IMG/VR virus record: IMGVR_UViG_3300037420_000348
Location: 1-32,745 of that record
Direction: 5' to 3' (one strand)
Length of the DNA: 32,745 nt
Source: a virus
Taxonomy: Duplodnaviria > Caudoviricetes
The notes beneath the pieces are model-generated. The model did not search any database, was not told where the DNA came from, and worked only from the letters and a program-made list of their open reading frames with translations. The position numbers and the translations under genes are program-made. Within the stretch, counting starts at the first letter, position 1, and the number at the start of each line of letters is the position of its first letter. Below, one piece after another: positions 6,624-14,522 of this stretch.

Positions 6624-6863
6624 ATGAAATTTGAAGTCAACATGAACGATGCAGCCGAAGTGGTGCTCACTGAACTCGGCGCACAGGTTTATAACAAGTA
6701 TCACGAACGGTACACGTATTATCGTCCTGAGATTGTATCTAAAGGTGATGTGCTACGTGACCAACTGTGGCACTTGATGCAAGTGTTCGGTCCTGCGATT
6801 CATCTTGGGCAATACTCTCCTTTTGAAGAGTGTCGTATGATTTTTGAGAAGGGTGGACGATGA
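6624..6863 (+). CDS. hypothetical phage protein (79 aa)
   Basis: ORF track. Coupled to the next gene. Confidence 0.75.
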   Translation: MKFEVNMNDAAEVVLTELGAQVYNKYHERYTYYRPEIVSKGDVLRDQLWHLMQVFGPAIHLGQYSPFEECRMIFEKGGR

Positions 6864-7045
6864 TGGGTCACGATATTGAACGACGTGCAGCACAGCGACA
6901 AGCTTTCTGCCGAGGTTGTGACCGACAGATTGTACGAGGTGAGGATATGATTTCTACATACTCTTTTCGCAACACAGGTATGTGGATTCATTTTTGTCTA
7001 GATTGTGCCAAGGAGATTGGCAAGCTTGCGGAAGGGAAAAGTTGA
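6860..7045 (+). CDS. small zinc-finger protein (PARP-type-like)
   Basis: A.CRGC...I.RGE...HFCLDC pattern. Confidence 0.6.
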   Translation: MMGHDIERRAAQRQAFCRGCDRQIVRGEDMISTYSFRNTGMWIHFCLDCAKEIGKLAEGKS

Positions 7046-7455
7046 GCGCTTCAGGCTTGCTGATCCTTGCCTTGATGATAGCCAGCACAGTACAAGCCAA
7101 CGTAGCTAACAACACTTGTGAGAAATCTATCACATACTTGGAAGCAAGAGGTGAGAGTAGTAGAGGTATTGCAGCAGTGAGGCAAGTGATTAGGAACAGG
7201 TCACGTCGCAGCGGAGACTCAGTGTGCAGGGAAGTTAAGCGCAAGGGACAATTTTCCAGCTACAAACGAGGAATGTGCTTAAGCCACGTAAGATACGATA
7301 GAAATTTCTTGCTCAAGTGGGAAGAGTCTGGTAAAGTGCACGTACTGAGCAGCGACTACACACATTACTTCAGGAAAGACATCAGGCCAGATTGGGCACG
7401 GAGTATGAAGTGTGACAGGGTTGTTGGTCATCATCGTTTTTGTAAAGATAACTAA
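7042..7455 (+). CDS. SleB-like cell wall hydrolase (Hydrolase_2) with signal sequence
   Basis: YLEARGES..G..AV..VI.NR...VC..V...GQFS...HY......PDWA......VGHHRF. TTG start at 7042 overlaps the upstream stop; ATG 7075 is an alternative. Confidence 0.85.
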   Translation: MSASGLLILALMIASTVQANVANNTCEKSITYLEARGESSRGIAAVRQVIRNRSRRSGDSVCREVKRKGQFSSYKRGMCLSHVRYDRNFLLKWEESGKVHVLSSDYTHYFRKDIRPDWARSMKCDRVVGHHRFCKDN

Positions 7456-7461
7456 GGGGGA

Positions 7462-7779
7462 ATGATGAGTACAGAACACGACGCTCTGTTGGGTATAGGA
7501 AGGCGTTTTAGCAATGACAAAGATGCTGCGCACTTTATTGCAGGCAATACTAACTTGACCGAAGAACAAATTGCGCGCATGTTTGAAGGCGGAACGCATC
7601 TTGGTATGAGTGTTGAATGTCTCGATTGTTATGGCGGAGCGGATTGGTTCGTCGGCTTTGAAGTTGGTGGTGATGTTCCTGATGTGTTGATCGGTAATGT
7701 GGTAGACGCACATGAACGTTGGGATGCAATTTTCAAAGATGTTGCACCCCGCGTTATTCATGCTGTACGAGTTTATTAA
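7462..7779 (+). CDS. hypothetical protein
   Basis: ORF track. AAGGGGG RBS. Confidence 0.75.
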   Translation: MMSTEHDALLGIGRRFSNDKDAAHFIAGNTNLTEEQIARMFEGGTHLGMSVECLDCYGGADWFVGFEVGGDVPDVLIGNVVDAHERWDAIFKDVAPRVIHAVRVY

Positions 7780-7795
7780 TTAAAAGGAGAAGAGA

Positions 7796-7993
7796 ATGAA
7801 CAAAATCTACGCTATCCTCGACAATGAGGAAGGCTACTTTGTTTCCTTTGGTGCAAAGATTGCATGGGCACGAGCAGCTAATGCAAAGAATGCTTTCAAC
7901 TTGCATATGAGGAAGAGGATGGATGAGCAAGAGCGTTACGTTGTTGTAGAGCTTACTGAAGCTTATTTTCGATTGGAAGGGTTGATGAAATGA
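7796..7993 (+). CDS. hypothetical protein
   Basis: ORF track. AAGGA RBS. Confidence 0.75.
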   Translation: MNKIYAILDNEEGYFVSFGAKIAWARAANAKNAFNLHMRKRMDEQERYVVVELTEAYFRLEGLMK

Positions 7994-8148
7994 AAATACA
8001 AGTTACATTTTCAGTAATTATTGATTGCGAAGAAGACCTAACACGAAACGAAGCATTCGATGTGGCAGATCGTCTAGCTGAACGTATCACTTCTAAGAGC
8101 GGCATTGTTCTTGAAGTGTATGATGTTGACCCTGTGGAGGAATATTAA
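7990..8148 (+). CDS. hypothetical protein (52 aa)
   Basis: Hand-translated MKIQVTFSVIIDCEEDLTRNEAFDVADRLAERITSKSGIVLEVYDVDPVEEY*. ATGA and TAATG coupling at its ends. Confidence 0.65.
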   Translation: MKIQVTFSVIIDCEEDLTRNEAFDVADRLAERITSKSGIVLEVYDVDPVEEY

Positions 8149-8369
8149 TGCCAAAATTTAGTGTATCACTTTGGGCTACGTTTGAAGCCGACAATTGGGC
8201 TGACGCTCATAGGAAAGCCGACCAGATCGACACAGCATTGTTCCACAACGGCGAAGTCTCTGTGGAAGATACAGGGCTTATTGATGTGGAGTGCTCTGAC
8301 GAAGAATATACGGAGGAAGAATCTTCTGAAGAAGACGACCTTATTTACGAAAACATTGACAAAGGCTGA
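8148..8369 (+). CDS. hypothetical acidic protein
   Basis: ORF track. GGAGG RBS. Confidence 0.75.
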   Translation: MPKFSVSLWATFEADNWADAHRKADQIDTALFHNGEVSVEDTGLIDVECSDEEYTEEESSEEDDLIYENIDKG

Positions 8370-8371
8370 AT

Positions 8372-8569
8372 ATGAACGACAACCTGATGAAGAATTTTGA
8401 AGAACGTATGGCCGATAAAAAGGCTAACAAGCCTAAACAATATCGCTACGACATGGAATTCAAGGTGGGTGTTATGGCTGAGAACGACGAGGACGCACAA
8501 CAAAAGAGCGACTTCGTAATTGGCATTCTTAAGCAGTTTAGCGATGTTGTGGATGTGGAGAAGAAATGA
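8372..8569 (+). CDS. hypothetical protein
   Basis: ORF track; coupled to neighbours. Confidence 0.7.
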   Translation: MNDNLMKNFEERMADKKANKPKQYRYDMEFKVGVMAENDEDAQQKSDFVIGILKQFSDVVDVEKK

Positions 8570-8880
8570 AGAAGAACGTCCACGTAGTGATTGAAAAAGA
8601 ATACGAAATCGAACTGAAGGACAATCTTCTTACGCAAGAATCTGTCAAAGAATTTGAGTCGTACATGTTTGAACTTGATGGAGATACGTTGGAAGAGAAG
8701 CAAAATAATTTGTTTGCTTATGCTGCACGTCAAATTGCAGAATATGATACGGACTTTGTGGAAGGGCTGGGTAAGGCCGCTAGTGTTCGTACTGCACCGT
8801 TCTATGAAAAAGAAGGTAAGGTTGTGCACGTTGTGTGGGACGACAAGTGGAGTGAAGTTGAAACGGAGATTGTGGGATGA
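8566..8880 (+). CDS. hypothetical acidic protein
   Basis: ORF track. GGAG RBS, ATGA coupling. Confidence 0.8.
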   Translation: MKKNVHVVIEKEYEIELKDNLLTQESVKEFESYMFELDGDTLEEKQNNLFAYAARQIAEYDTDFVEGLGKAASVRTAPFYEKEGKVVHVVWDDKWSEVETEIVG

Positions 8881-9044
8881 TTGACTACAAAACTCTCCTC
8901 AAGAAGTATATGGAGCATGTCTTAGATTGCGAAGGCTGTGATTTTACAGATCATGTTGGTAGTTATATGAGTGATGTAAGCTTTGCAGAAGAAGAAAAGT
9001 TTGCATTGTACAAAATTTCAGATCAGATTACGGAAGATCGTTGA
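8877..9044 (+). CDS. hypothetical protein (55 aa)
   Basis: Hand-translated MIDYKTLLKKYMEHVLDCEGCDF...ITEDR*. Coupled at both ends. Confidence 0.65.
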   Translation: MIDYKTLLKKYMEHVLDCEGCDFTDHVGSYMSDVSFAEEEKFALYKISDQITEDR

Positions 9045-9691
9045 TGTTTTCAGCAAAACTTATCGCAGTAACTAAACCTGTTGTAGAAGGCATCGAAGAC
9101 GCACAAGAACTCATTGCATACTGCGCTCGTGTGTCCAATCCATCCAATCAGATGAATATGGATACGGCAGACAAGCTTCTTAACTATCTTAAGAAGCATA
9201 AACACTGGAGTCCGTTTGAAATGGCTAACTGCGTTGTAGAGGTGGAAAGCCCTCGTGACATTGCACGTCAGCTTCTGCGACATGGCAGTTTCAAGTTTCA
9301 AGAGTTTAGCCAACGCTATGCAGACGTGACCCAGCTTGAGCAAGCATTTTGTTTGCGGGAACTGCGCATGCAAGATGTCAAGAACCGCCAGAACAGCATT
9401 CAGGCCGACGACGAAGTACTGAAGGATTGGTGGGAAAGTGAGCAAAAGATGTTGCTGGCAATCGTGCAGGACACGTACAGGCGTGCACTGGATCGTGGCA
9501 TTGCTAAGGAGGTCGCTCGTGTTATTCTGCCGGAAGGTCTGACTATGAGCCGTCTGTATGTCAATGGCACGATCCGAAGCTGGATTCATTATCTTGAAGT
9601 GCGTATGGAAGAAGGTGTTACCCAGCTTGAGCACGTGCAGCTTGCACGCCTGATTGCAGAACAAGTGAACTCTGTGTTCAAAGTTGCTTGA
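9044..9691 (+). CDS. thyX: flavin-dependent thymidylate synthase
   Basis: IAYCARVSNP, HWSPFEM, RQLLRH.SF.FQEFSQRY, AKEVAR..LP, GTIRSWIHY...R and TQLEH motifs. Confidence 0.93.
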   Translation: MFSAKLIAVTKPVVEGIEDAQELIAYCARVSNPSNQMNMDTADKLLNYLKKHKHWSPFEMANCVVEVESPRDIARQLLRHGSFKFQEFSQRYADVTQLEQAFCLRELRMQDVKNRQNSIQADDEVLKDWWESEQKMLLAIVQDTYRRALDRGIAKEVARVILPEGLTMSRLYVNGTIRSWIHYLEVRMEEGVTQLEHVQLARLIAEQVNSVFKVA

Positions 9692-9716
9692 CAGCGCAGC
9701 AAATCTCAGGCATACT
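9688..9716 (+). promoter_or_regulatory. sigma70-type promoter
   Basis: TTGACA, 17 bp, CATACT, overlapping the thyX stop. Confidence 0.6.
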
Positions 9717-9772
9717 GCCTCTCGTGCTCTACAAAGGAGCACAAAATTCACAACACAAATAAAGGAAATAAC

Positions 9773-10093
9773 ATGAAGAAAACTATCTCCGCCATCATCC
9801 TGTCGTTCGCTGCTACGTCGGCATTCGCACAAATTGCTGTATCGGCTTCGGCTGTAGCAGACGATGTCTCTGCTCCTGCACTGGCATCTGATGCAAAAGA
9901 TGGCCGTCGACCTGCTCCTACGCTGAGTGATTGCTGCGGTGTGCCTGTCTCGGCTCCGCAATATGCTAAGAAGGAAGATGATAGCGACTCGCTCGCAATG
10001 GCTGGTCTGGGCTTTGGTCTGGTGAGCCTTGTCGGTGTGTCGAAGCTGGCTCGTCGGAAGAAGGCTAAGAGCGAAGGCAACGGCCTCGCATAA
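9773..10093 (+). CDS. secreted protein with PEP-CTERM-like C-terminal anchor
   Basis: Signal peptide MKKTISAIILSFAATSAFA; low-complexity body; TM segment SLAMAGLGFGLVSLVGVS followed by KLARRKK. Confidence 0.7.
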   Translation: MKKTISAIILSFAATSAFAQIAVSASAVADDVSAPALASDAKDGRRPAPTLSDCCGVPVSAPQYAKKEDDSDSLAMAGLGFGLVSLVGVSKLARRKKAKSEGNGLA

Positions 10094-10101
10094 TTTGTAG
10101 C

Positions 10102-10122
10102 AAGGGGGCCGAAAGGCCCCTT
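10102..10122 (+). terminator. GAAA-loop hairpin after the 9773 gene
   Basis: GGGGCC-GAAA-GGCCCC. Little U-tract, so possibly an mRNA stability or processing hairpin. Confidence 0.5.
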
Positions 10123-10142
10123 CAAATTCACAAGGAGGGAAT

Positions 10143-10484
10143 ATGAAACGCAGCATCGCACGCGCTTGGACTAAAGCGCTAGAGAGTGGTGAGTACGAAC
10201 AAACCAAGGGAGCACTCCGCAGAGGTGATAAGTTTTGTGTGCTTGGAGTCCTCTGTAATCTGCACGCACAAGCACATCCTGAAATTGCGGCCAAAGAGAA
10301 AGTGAAGTCGCGCTATATGGGCTATGGTAGTCTTCTACCTAATGAAGTTGTGGAGTGGGCAGGGATGAATAGCAACGATGGTTACATTACATACAATTCT
10401 CATTTGGTAAATATGAACGACATCGCCGGTAACACGTTTGAAGAGATGGCCCAAGTGATTCGCAAACGTTGGAAGCAGCTTTAA
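10143..10484 (+). CDS. conserved phage protein of unknown function
   Basis: W..ALESG.Y.Q..G.L.....FCVLGVLC...L..MND.....F.E.A motif. AGGAGG RBS. Confidence 0.8.
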   Translation: MKRSIARAWTKALESGEYEQTKGALRRGDKFCVLGVLCNLHAQAHPEIAAKEKVKSRYMGYGSLLPNEVVEWAGMNSNDGYITYNSHLVNMNDIAGNTFEEMAQVIRKRWKQL

Positions 10485-10497
10485 TTAAGGAGACATC

Positions 10498-10737
10498 ATG
10501 AAAAAGATTATTTGTTTCATCTCAGCAACATTTGCACTAGCAGGTTGCTCAGGCTATGATCACAAGCTTTGTCGTGATAGCGTTGTGCGAGAAGCGGGCA
10601 CGCAAGAGGTGTATGAGGTGAGCCCATACCGTTTTGTCACAAAGGATTCTAAAGGAAACGTTTGGTATTACGAAACGATGAATCAAACGGACACTCAGGT
10701 GAGCAAGAAGCAGCCTTTATTTGGTATTCAGAATTAA
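10498..10737 (+). CDS. lipoprotein
   Basis: MKKII...LAGC lipobox. Confidence 0.8.
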   Translation: MKKIICFISATFALAGCSGYDHKLCRDSVVREAGTQEVYEVSPYRFVTKDSKGNVWYYETMNQTDTQVSKKQPLFGIQN

Positions 10738-10746
10738 GGAGACACC

Positions 10747-11106
10747 GTGAAGAAATTTATTTTCACAATCGTAATGATGTGTGCAGCATTCTCTGCAAAA
10801 GCCGACTGCTACTCGGAAGGTGTTCGCTCTGGCACTGTCCAAAAATTTTCCAGTAAAGGGCTTATCAATAAGTCGTGGGAAGGTGAGATGGTTCAGGAAG
10901 GTGTACGAGTTAAAGCTAAAGGTCAAGGTGCGGGCGTCACTAACATTTGGAAGTTCTCTGTACTGAAGCCAGAAGTTGCAAAAAAGCTTAACGATGCGAT
11001 TTTCAATGGTGGTGAAGTGACAGTTAAATACTGCCAGTCTGCTTTTGTTAATCCGCTTGCACAAGACACTCCGTATGAAGTAACTGACGTGCGAGTGAAT
11101 AAGTAA
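10747..11106 (+). CDS. secreted beta-rich (OB-fold-like) phage protein
   Basis: Signal peptide ending AKA; YSEG.RSG...KFS.KG...KSWEGE motif. GTG start with AAGGAG RBS. Confidence 0.8.
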   Translation: MKKFIFTIVMMCAAFSAKADCYSEGVRSGTVQKFSSKGLINKSWEGEMVQEGVRVKAKGQGAGVTNIWKFSVLKPEVAKKLNDAIFNGGEVTVKYCQSAFVNPLAQDTPYEVTDVRVNK

Positions 11107-11273
11107 TGTTCACACCTACCCACCGCGTAATCGTTGAAAATGACGAACACGAATATGCTGTAAACACTCTTGTGAAGCTTGCTTGGTCGTACGGATCAAC
11201 TGAGTACGCTTGGTATGTTGATCAAGAAGGTTGGTGGCAACTAATGCATTGTGACGAATTGGAGGCTGTATGA
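11106..11273 (+). CDS. hypothetical protein (55 aa)
   Basis: Hand-translated MFTPTHRVIVENDEHEY...ELEAV*. Coupled at both ends. Confidence 0.65.
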   Translation: MFTPTHRVIVENDEHEYAVNTLVKLAWSYGSTEYAWYVDQEGWWQLMHCDELEAV

Positions 11274-11491
11274 TTGTTCTTTGTCTTATGATACTTGTGG
11301 TTGTATGTTCTACTGTTGCACTAATGAGGCTCGCCTTGGTAAGTTGGCATGTAAATGCACGTATTGATGAGGTGTATCAATCTAAAAACTGGAGGAAATA
11401 TCCGATAGATATCAATAGGGCCTATGATAGAGATATTTGGAATTTGCGTAAGTGGAGCTACCGCAGTTTCTTCCCGGAGGCTGTGAAATGA
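11270..11491 (+). CDS. small membrane-anchored protein
   Basis: N-terminal hydrophobic helix. GGAGG RBS. Confidence 0.7.
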   Translation: MIVLCLMILVVVCSTVALMRLALVSWHVNARIDEVYQSKNWRKYPIDINRAYDRDIWNLRKWSYRSFFPEAVK

Positions 11492-11643
11492 AACAAACCT
11501 TTGAAGACCTAATTTTATACTTACGGCTACAGAGTGAGAACTATTACTACGAAGCTGAAGACGGTTCTGATGCGTTTGACCCAAGTGCACTTTGGCAGGA
11601 AATTAGAGCGTTTGCGGAAGAATTTGAAACCCACATTAATTAA
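11488..11643 (+). CDS. hypothetical protein (MKQTFEDL...)
   Basis: ATGA coupling. GGAGG RBS. Confidence 0.65.
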   Translation: MKQTFEDLILYLRLQSENYYYEAEDGSDAFDPSALWQEIRAFAEEFETHIN

Positions 11644-11652
11644 GGAGGATTT

Positions 11653-11899
11653 ATGGCTGTCAAGAAAGAAAGTGTTGCATCACTGAAGCGTCAAATTGCA
11701 GAGCTTGATAAACAAGCAATTGATCTGGCATCTAAACTCAAGCAGGCAAATGACATGCAAAATCATTACTATAAAAATCAACAAGCATGACTTGCTGGAT
11801 GTTTTACCTAACACCATTGCGCGACGAAAAGATGGAGATTACTCCCCGGAGCACAAGCTGATGACTCGGCTTGCAAGCTTCTTGGCAAATAGGGGGTGA
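11653..11899 (+). pseudogene. apparently frameshifted coiled-coil gene
   Basis: Strong RBS, then MAVKKESVASLK...YYKNQQA* (11653-11790). A protein-like continuation HDLLDVLPNTIARR...FLANRG* is in the +1 frame with no RBS of its own. Confidence 0.5.
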
Positions 11900-11900
11900 T

Positions 11901-12056
11901 ATGCCAGATCGCTCATTTTTGTTGTGGTTGAGGGATAGGCTTGAGCACATCTATGATGAGCACCCTGACACAGATTTCATGAACAAGCTAAAGTGCATCG
12001 CATACGCTATTCCTGAAGATCAAAACACGCCAAACATTTTGTTGGAGATTGAATGA
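11901..12056 (+). CDS. hypothetical protein (MPDRSFLLWL...)
   Basis: GGGGG RBS; part of ORF track 11871..12056. Confidence 0.65.
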   Translation: MPDRSFLLWLRDRLEHIYDEHPDTDFMNKLKCIAYAIPEDQNTPNILLEIE

Positions 12057-12268
12057 GCATAATTGACAAGATCGAGCAACAATGGATAGCCTATGTAGCA
12101 GAAACAGGTCGAATGCCAAAATACCTCTACATGGGCGACAAGGAAGCCAAGGAGCTTGATAAGCTTAAGGGTATGTTCGTCATCACGTACAAGGATATGT
12201 TTGTCGTGATGGTTGAGAAGGACAATTGGCTCAGTGTGGGAGATAGGTATGCAGAAGCGGGAGTATAA
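12053..12268 (+). CDS. hypothetical protein
   Basis: ORF track. GGAG RBS. Confidence 0.7.
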   Translation: MSIIDKIEQQWIAYVAETGRMPKYLYMGDKEAKELDKLKGMFVITYKDMFVVMVEKDNWLSVGDRYAEAGV

Positions 12269-12440
12269 GATTTTTACACAAGATGATAATGGTGAAGATG
12301 TCGTCACTGTATGTGTCATCGGGAATGAGTATGTTAAGAGTTTCTATTTCGGTGCTGACGGAGACGCGAAAGGTACAGCACAAGAGTTGTACGACTTACT
12401 CAAGACGGCAGGAATTGATGCCGAGATTTGGGAGGAGTGA
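12249..12440 (+). CDS. hypothetical protein (MQKREYKIF...)
   Basis: ORF track 12213..12440. ATG 12249 follows GGGAG. Confidence 0.65.
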   Translation: MQKREYKIFTQDDNGEDVVTVCVIGNEYVKSFYFGADGDAKGTAQELYDLLKTAGIDAEIWEE

Positions 12441-12607
12441 TGACACAACATTATGAATGGTCGCCAGATGGAATGGAACGAGTTGGCTCTTGGGGCACTT
12501 TCGTGCACTCGGATGACTACGATGAACTGCTACAAGAGAAACTAGAATTGCGTAAGCAGTATGATGCCCTTGTGGCAAAGATTAGTGATTTGTATTCGGC
12601 AGCTTAG
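12440..12607 (+). CDS. hypothetical protein (55 aa)
   Basis: Hand-translated MTQHYEWSPDGMERVGSWG...LYSAA*. GGAGGAG RBS. Confidence 0.65.
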   Translation: MTQHYEWSPDGMERVGSWGTFVHSDDYDELLQEKLELRKQYDALVAKISDLYSAA

Positions 12608-12615
12608 GAGGGTTG

Positions 12616-14268
12616 ATGGGTTATGAATTTAAGGAGCGGAAAATGAGCAACGAAAAAGGGTGGGAACCTAAAGAAACTTTAAAGGACGTAGAAGACCTAC
12701 CTTTTGCGGATATTCCTGAGCGCGGAATCAGGAAAGAAACATGTGCCAAATACGGTGTAAAAGTTGCATTGTCACAGTCTGACGGCAAGACTGTAGAAGC
12801 AATTTACTTCCCATACTACGATCAAAAAGGCCGTCTTACTGCATATAAGAAGCAAGATGTTACGAAGCACAAGAGCGAAAAAGGGCATTGGTCTGTAGTC
12901 GGCTCTCTCACTATTAGCAACAATAAATTGTTTGGGCAAAATGTCGCTGAGAGTATTCAGCGTAAAAAATCCAACATTGTTGTGACGGAAGGGGAGCACG
13001 ATTGTTTGGCAGCTTTTCAGGCGCTCAAAGACCAAGTTAAAGGTACTAAGTATGACGGCATGGAGCCGTTTGTTGTTAGCATTTCTATGGGAACTGCAAA
13101 TGCTACAGAAGCAATGCTCCATAATGAAGGTTTTATTCTCGGCCACGAACGCATCACGCTTGCGTTTGACAATGATGAGGCCACGCCTGCTGAAAAAGCT
13201 AAGAAGGTTATGAAGGGCAAAGAGGCTACTGAAGCCGTGGCTGCTGCCTTTATCGGTGACAACATTTATACCGTACCTTTTGAGAACGGGTTTAAAGATT
13301 GTAGTGACTATCTTCAGGCAGGACGTTCTAACGATCTTGCGAAGTTGCTTCAGTTCGGCACGAAGCGTTTTGTTACGGAGAAGATCAGCTATGCTTCTGA
13401 TGTTACGTTTGAAGACCTGATTGCTAAACGAGAAGTGGGCCTTATGTGCCCGAGCTTCCCGAAGCTGATGGATAAGATTCGAGGTTTTCGCAAATCAGAA
13501 CTTGTCCTGCTGACATCGGGAGTTGGTGTGGGCAAATCGACTGTTACAGCAAGTTTCGCCGCAGACTTCATCAAAGCTGGTGAACGAGTTGGCCTCATCT
13601 TCCTTGAAGAAACGCAGAAGGAGACGCTTCAGCGCATGGTTGCTCACCATCTGAAAGTTAATTTCAACAAGTTCAAGGAAGACCCGCTGGCGTGCGCATC
13701 TGAAGAGGAAATTCGTGCAGCTTACGATTACATCGTAAATGATGACAAGGCAGTGTTTCTGTCGCACTTTGGACATATGAATATTGACGAGCTTATGCCG
13801 AAGATCAAGCATATGCACCTTGTAAGTAAGTGTGATCGCATCATCATTGACCACTTGACGCTTATTACTAGCGGGGGTGATGGGGAAGCGGACGAACGGA
13901 AAGAGATTGACCGCGCAATGACAATGCTCGCTGCATTCTGCGCAAGTAACCCGGTCACAATCATAGCTATTAGCCACATCAATAGAGGAGGTTTTGCTGA
14001 CAACAAGCCACCTAAGGATGCTGACGAGAAGCCGTACTGGGTTAAGGTCGATAAGAGTCATATGCGAGGTAGCTCTGCTCTAGAAGCGCTTAGTTGGATT
14101 ATTCTGGGCCTTGAAGGTCAGGTCATGCCAGATCGCAGTCGTGGTAATGCACGTCTTACTGTTCTTAAGAATCGCCCTTATGGGGTTCTGGGTGTGTGCG
14201 ACGAATTCCGACTTAATCCAGAGACATGGGAAGTTGAACTTGTAGAGAACGATGTGGCAGAGTTCTAA
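12616..14268 (+). CDS. T7 gp4-like DNA primase-helicase (TOPRIM plus SF4 DnaB-like helicase)
   Basis: IVVTEGEHD, AFDND, KDCSDYL; Walker A GVGVGKST; IIIDHL; RGSSALE; LKNR. Start is ATG 12616 or 12643. Confidence 0.95.
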   Translation: MGYEFKERKMSNEKGWEPKETLKDVEDLPFADIPERGIRKETCAKYGVKVALSQSDGKTVEAIYFPYYDQKGRLTAYKKQDVTKHKSEKGHWSVVGSLTISNNKLFGQNVAESIQRKKSNIVVTEGEHDCLAAFQALKDQVKGTKYDGMEPFVVSISMGTANATEAMLHNEGFILGHERITLAFDNDEATPAEKAKKVMKGKEATEAVAAAFIGDNIYTVPFENGFKDCSDYLQAGRSNDLAKLLQFGTKRFVTEKISYASDVTFEDLIAKREVGLMCPSFPKLMDKIRGFRKSELVLLTSGVGVGKSTVTASFAADFIKAGERVGLIFLEETQKETLQRMVAHHLKVNFNKFKEDPLACASEEEIRAAYDYIVNDDKAVFLSHFGHMNIDELMPKIKHMHLVSKCDRIIIDHLTLITSGGDGEADERKEIDRAMTMLAAFCASNPVTIIAISHINRGGFADNKPPKDADEKPYWVKVDKSHMRGSSALEALSWIILGLEGQVMPDRSRGNARLTVLKNRPYGVLGVCDEFRLNPETWEVELVENDVAEF

Positions 14269-14271
14269 GAT

Positions 14272-14300
14272 TTGACAAGATTGTAGTTAGATGTTATAAT
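14272..14300 (+). promoter_or_regulatory. consensus sigma70 promoter of nuclease cassette 2
   Basis: TTGACA, 17 bp, TATAAT, with an extended -10 TG. Confidence 0.85.
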
Positions 14301-14324
14301 TCCACTTTAAACGAGAGGAATTAT

Positions 14325-14522
14325 ATGCAAAAACATTTTGATTACCAATCTTGTACTTTAGAAGAACTCGCAGAGCACGTAGATTCAACAAAACCTTCTG
14401 TTATTTCAACCATGCGAGCATACTACACGAACAAAAATGCACTAGACATGGTTGAAAAGATTGACGAGGCTCGTAAGATTGTTAAGCGTCGCAGACTTCA
14501 AGCTCGTTTGGAGGCCATGTGA
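14325..14522 (+). CDS. small helical protein, nuclease-associated paralog B (65 aa)
   Basis: GAGAGG RBS. Paralog of 2823..3032. GTGA overlap with the downstream nuclease. Confidence 0.8.
   Translation: MQKHFDYQSCTLEELAEHVDSTKPSVISTMRAYYTNKNALDMVEKIDEARKIVKRRRLQARLEAM

Noticed and set aside
6535-6627. 30 aa ORF MSVEDTRTPAQKARDEMSHNFQQPYNTEDR
   Set aside because: Has an RBS and coupling at both ends, so it may be real or a remnant, but it is too short to support a call.
9690-9703. gcgcagcaaa resembling the early leader motif
   Set aside because: Only a partial match, located in a promoter spacer rather than at the transcript start; probably chance.
9050-10294. 414 aa minus-strand ORF
   Set aside because: Antisense shadow of thyX and its neighbours; no RBS or recognisable motif.
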